64,000 nt of DNA from assembly GCA_013265495.1 (NCBI GenBank), contig MU062417.1, forward strand, positions 7,559,191-7,623,190. Reading direction: 5' to 3'. The notes under the pieces were generated by a model that saw only the letters and a program-made list of their open reading frames with translations, searched no databases and was not told the DNA's origin. Positions 59,150-64,000 of this stretch are shown here, piece by piece. Each line of letters begins with the position of its first letter. Position 1 is the stretch's first letter. A program made the translations under genes and the position numbers. Origin of the DNA: Vicugna vicugna. Taxonomy: Eukaryota.

Positions 59150-61050
59150 AGTATTTATGTGAGAGAGAAAATAAAAATAAGACTCTGAATTTTGAAAAAA
59201 ACCAACTGAAATAAAAAGATGTAGGAATTCAATGATAAAGTAAAACAAAGCAAAACAAAAACAAAAAAAAACCCCAAATAAATCAAAAAGTGGATGGTAG
59301 AGTTCAGGAAAGGAATTGAAAACAGCTATAAACATTTTACCGGAATTGAGGGCCGTGTTAAAAGTAGTGAGTAGGACAGATGGAGTCTGAGGTATGGAAA
59401 AGATGTTTGAGAAGATCACGTAAAACCAATGGAGAAGAACCAAGAGATGAAGATGATTCCAAAGAGGAAACAGATACGTAAAACAAAGTAGAATTCAATA
59501 TATTAATAATTATTTTAACGACAGAAAAATATACCAATCTAATAAAACTTTTAAGAATCCATTGTCCTAAAGAGCACACTGTTCCAAGAAAAGAAAAGTA
59601 CTATAGGATAATAGATGTTGAGATGTAACCTGATTAACTTAGTTAACTTCAAGGGAAGAGAAACCCTGTAGAAATCCAGGTAAACAAAGCAAGGGATGGG
59701 ATGTGAGGCTGAATTCAGCTTACTCCACTCCATCACTCTATTTTAAAACAGAGTGGATAAATACCTACGGATTTCTATAGGAGTAAAAAGGAGAATTTTA
59801 TCCTATACCCACTTGTCTTTCAAGGGAAAAGAAAGAATTCTTCAACATGCAAGTAATTGAGGAATGTAATGCTCATAAATCCTCTTGAAACAATTACTTC
59901 ATGAAGGAACCCAGCAGCCAGTAAAGGAAATTAAATAAGGGATTCAGGGATGGGGAAGAAGCCGAATGGAAGATCTGTGGATAGGCAGTGCATCTGTGTA
60001 AGTACATGAGGAAGTTTAAAAAAAAACGATGGAGGTTTTGGTTACAGAAGAGGATGTAACTGATACAAACTTTGACAATATAAGATGATAATAACATAAC
60101 CAGGAAATCTGCAGGGAGTCAGGGAAGAGGGGAGTGAGGAGTACAGGAGAGGGCTCTGATTTCCTTATCTGTCATGCTTGGAAGCCGAAAGACACTGTAC
60201 AGAGTTGATAATTCAGTACCATCGAGGTTGAGGCATATAATTTAAACTTATAAAGAACTTGAAGCAGAGACAGACAACAAATCTTTTGAATTATCAGAAT
60301 GGAGCCAAAAATTAACAGTAAGAAAACAGAGACTATGAGAAAAACATAGCAAATTGTCAAAGTATGGAAACAGAACCAGTCACAAAAAAATAAGATAAAA
60401 AATACTCAACAACATGTTTCTTATAAAGATGAGTATAAAAGGAATACATTTACTTAATAAAACAAAATGTATCAGATCATATGAGGGGGGCAGATTTAAA
60501 TAAAATAATTCCAGAACATCAAATATGAATCAATAGGCAAAGCCATATCTAGCAGAGGAATACACACATGTAAAAATGGGCAATAGCAACAAGACGAACC
60601 TCCAAACCAAAAACGAGTAACAGTCACAAAACCTAGGGCTCATAACTATTAATATTTGAATGGAGTGAATTCAAAACAAAGAGCATTACATGAGACCAAA
60701 ATAAATTGTTTATATTAATAATGGTGTTTACCACCCTTACACTGGTAATAAAACTTATTAATCTTTTTGCAACAACTAACACAGCATCCAAATATATAAG
60801 GCTAAGTTTGCAGTAAATAAATGAGAAATTCTCAGATATTCTAAAGTAGTGGTAAATAAATGAGAAATTGACAGATATTCAAATGTAACTGCTCTTAAAC
60901 CATGACAGGTGACATAAATAAAAAATTACTAAAATTATGTTTTTACAATATCAATAATTATCATATTTGCATATATACACAAACATATCTATTCAAATCC
61001 ATACAGTATTAAAAAATTGATCATATACCTTCACTTAAATTTATTGTATG
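59150..61050 (+). mobile_element. Old L1ME-type fossil (ORF1 through ORF2 endonuclease region)
   Basis: A-rich; gaattttatcctatacc...ttcttcaacatgcaagtaattgaggaa (ORF1 C-terminal region); aaaacaaagagcattacatgagacc...gcaacaactaacacagcatccaaatatataagg..aaatgagaaattgacaga (endonuclease region). Confidence 0.72.
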
Positions 61051-62702
61051 GGAAAAATCAGTAATTTCTAGAAGCTTCTACCCTGTAATTTAGGCAAGTT
61101 TCCCTGAAACAATAGAGTTCCCTGAATTAGAGTTTGGACACCTCTGGATTAAGAAACTAGAGCTGTATCATTAGACTGGCAGCATAATTAGGTTTCCTTT
61201 CAATATCAAACTACTTTTTCCATTATTATTTCAGAGGAAACTGTTCTGATTTCAGTTGTCTGGGCAGCTGTTAGTTATAAGCCATTCCACCATTTTCTAG
61301 CAAAGGAACTAAAGAAAACCTCGAATCATACATCATCTCCCAAAGATGATTTCAGCAATAATATTTTTGGTTGCAGTGATCTTGAGCGCGTAAGGGACTA
61401 GCTGGTGCACTCAGCAAGGTTTCCCGCCGTAACACACTCATAACTCACCCAGATTCACTTTAATAGATGAGAAGGTATCCCTGTTAGTAACAGAACTGGG
61501 AATTGAACCCCTATCTCCTGAAGACTCGTCCTTCGTTTGTGTAAGCCATATGGCTTTTCCTCAGCACACACAAGGATTGTGGTTATAGAGTAGCTTTTCC
61601 TTTGGCTTAATGTTACAGGAGATGTTGGATTTAGCTGGTTTTCTGACTAGGGCTCCTGTGGCTTCAGCAGCTTTCCAAAATCTTCATGCTCAGCCTGAGT
61701 GCCCATCGTGTAAAACATATTCTATTGGTCTATTCTGTATCGTATACCTTGCTCACACCAGATTATTGTTACAGGGGAGAGCTGCAAACACAACTTTTCT
61801 GCTACAAAAATCTGTGCTCAGCCTTTTGCTTATACTCAGCTCATCTGTCGTAGCTCTGCACTGGCATCTCCTGGGAACTAATCCAGCATCTCTGGTCCCA
61901 TGAACCCTGGGTACTGAGCTACACGCACATTTCTTCTAACACACTGTGCACGGGGTTGCATGCATTATGACGACTGCTTTTGGATTTCTTTTTGGCCAGA
62001 CCTCTGTCTGTATACTCCTGTCGGCTGAACGCTTGGCCAGGTGTTTAACAGGCTCTGAATTGTTTCCCTTTAGAAACATATTTCATTTGTAATAATAAAC
62101 TATGAAGTTCTTACTTAAAGATTATTCAAAAAGGTCCTGTGGTTTGAAAATGAAATATTGTTTTGTTTACTGTCTCTGTAGATATCTACTCTGAGCTTTT
62201 TGGCTCCCACTGAAGGGATAAATCTCTCCTAAGCCACAGGAAAGCTCTCCTACCAAAGAGAAAGGACGGATGTTAGTAGCTGTTTCTAGAAGAATTTTAG
62301 CATGGACATTATCTTTATTTTTTACCATCAAGACTATCTCTCAACTGAGCTATCACACTTGGGCCCTCCTGGACAAGTATGGGAAACTTAATTAATATTT
62401 AAAAAGCTGGAAACCTAGCTGTTTTAGGACCTTAATGAAGAAGACGTCCCAGAATGGTGACTTTGTTAGGGCAATATGCTAGCAATCATTTTTTTATCTT
62501 TCCCTTTGGTGTCCCTTTCATAAATGTGTAAAAACAAAACATTTAAAGCTGGACTAACTCAGCTTTGTGTTTTAGAGGAAATCTATGTGGAGATAATAAT
62601 TTATTGCTGACTCAGTGAGGCAACTTTGAAAAGTTGAAGAGAGTTGTTGATTATTATCTGAACTATGCAATAGAATTGGCAGGAAATGACTACATATACA
62701 TT

Positions 62703-63020
62703 TTCATTCATTCAGTTATTCTGTAAGCATTTATTAAAGTACTTCTCCTCTAACCTTCTATGCAAAATGCTATTGGGCGTGCGAGAAAAATGAAGCAACC
62801 TTCTCCTTCGCTAGACTGCCAGCTCTTTGAGGCCAGGATATGGTGTGCAAATAGTCATGTTAATACGAGGTAGGGAGTATTAAGTATTTTGAGGTATGGA
62901 GGTGAAGGACTCTGAGACCCCAGGGGTGGCTGAGATCATTTCTGGCTGGGGACTCTGGGAGGCGACCATATTTGAGATGAACATGGAGAAATAGCTAGGG
63001 TTTTGTATGCCGAGACAGGC
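62703..63020 (-). mobile_element. L2 3' region
   Basis: ttcattcattcagttatt..aagcatttattaaagtact...ctgggaggcgaccatatttgagatgaacatggaga. Confidence 0.65.
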
Positions 63021-63341
63021 AGCAATCCACAAGCAAAGGCAGCACTGTGATCAAAGTTCTATCAGCTTTAATTGAATTGTTTTTCTTAGGCTCTTGCAAA
63101 GAACCAGGCCCATTTCCAATTAGACACCCAATTTCTGGCCAATAATACCTCTGATCTGTGCGTTTGGGGTGTGTGTGGCTCTATAGTTGCAAACCCCAGG
63201 CCAGGTGACAGTAGCCACCTCTTCAAGGCTCTTACAGCCCATGGATCACTGAGCATGTGGTCAAGAGACTCAGGGCATTGCGACCCATCTGTCCTTCCAA
63301 GCCCTCGGCTGGCACATTCTCCTCCTGGCCATCTGCTCCTG

Positions 63342-64000
63342 CCAGCTGTCCATCACCTTGGAAAAGACCTTCCTTTGTTGAGATATGTGTAACACAGGTA
63401 TTGCTATGTGTTGGGTTCCCTTTTTTTTTTTTTTAAATTGTAGTAGAATCTGCTACAATATAATACCACAATAAAGAAGTTTGCGTTTTATGGCAGTGTC
63501 ACTATTTTAGCAAAGTCAGTTGGCATTTCTGGGTTTCAGTTTCTTTACTTGGAAAGTGGGGATCTTCCCATTGGATTTGTTTCAACTAGCCAGAATGGTG
63601 AGAGAATGAACGAGTTGCAAGGTATTGCTTTGACCTCGGTGATTTACATGAAAACAGATGTATATCCTTCTCTGGAGAAGATTTAGACCAGCTGTCCATC
63701 ACCTTGGAAAAGACCTTCCTTTGTTGAGATATGTGTAACACAGGTATTGCTATGTGTTGGGTTCCCCTTTTTTTTTTAAATTGTAGTAGAATCTGCTACA
63801 ATATAATACCACAATAAAGAAGTTTGCGTTTTATGGCAGTGTCACTATTTTAGCAAAGTCAGTTGGCATTTCTGGGTTTCAGTTTCTTTACTTGGAAAGT
63901 GGGGATCTTCCCATTGGATTTGTTTCAACTAGCCAGAATGGTGAGAGAATGAACGAGTTGCAAGGTATTGCTTTGACCTCGGTGATTTACATGAAAACAG
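63342..64000. repeat. 346-bp tandem duplication; second copy runs off the window end
   Basis: Copy 1 at 63342-63687; copy 2 from 63688. Identical except for one homopolymer (C3T14 versus C4T10). Confidence 0.97.

Noticed and set aside
1-64000. CRISPR array, prokaryotic operon, snRNA/snoRNA/miRNA gene or processed pseudogene
   Set aside because: No repeat-spacer array, long ORFs, or recognisable U1/U6/7SL/Y RNA or miRNA sequence was seen. The content is typical mammalian non-coding DNA.

Overview
Mammalian non-coding genomic DNA, most likely from a camelid. The main evidence is four copies of a short tRNA-Ala(AGC)-derived SINE, alongside lineage-type L1 3' ends. I found no protein-coding exon, functional RNA gene, CRISPR array or prokaryotic element that I can support, and I cannot name the host locus. 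The listed ORFs are explained by chance, repeats or N-runs. About a quarter of the window (hand count) is recognisable interspersed repeat: L1, L2, MIR, MaLR/ERV LTRs, hAT and Tigger fossils, and tRNA-SINEs. There are three N-gaps (162, 228 and 221 nt), several microsatellites and five local duplications (39, 45, ~60, 66 and 346 bp). The most interesting parts are repeat-poor unique blocks that look regulatory: (1) a CpG-enriched block at 22.6-23.5 kb with a strong CTCF motif, paired octamers and GC boxes; (2) homeodomain-motif clusters at 24.8-25.1, 45.4-45.5, 48.7-48.8 and 57.4-57.5 kb; (3) a Z-DNA/G4/splice-signal-rich region around the gap at 28.8-29.0 kb. Retroelement orientation weakly suggests an intron of a minus-strand gene. 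I found no convincing previously undescribed biological system; the findings are testable candidates. Repeat family names come from recall of consensus sequences, and most repeat boundaries are approximate (+/- 20-50 bp).
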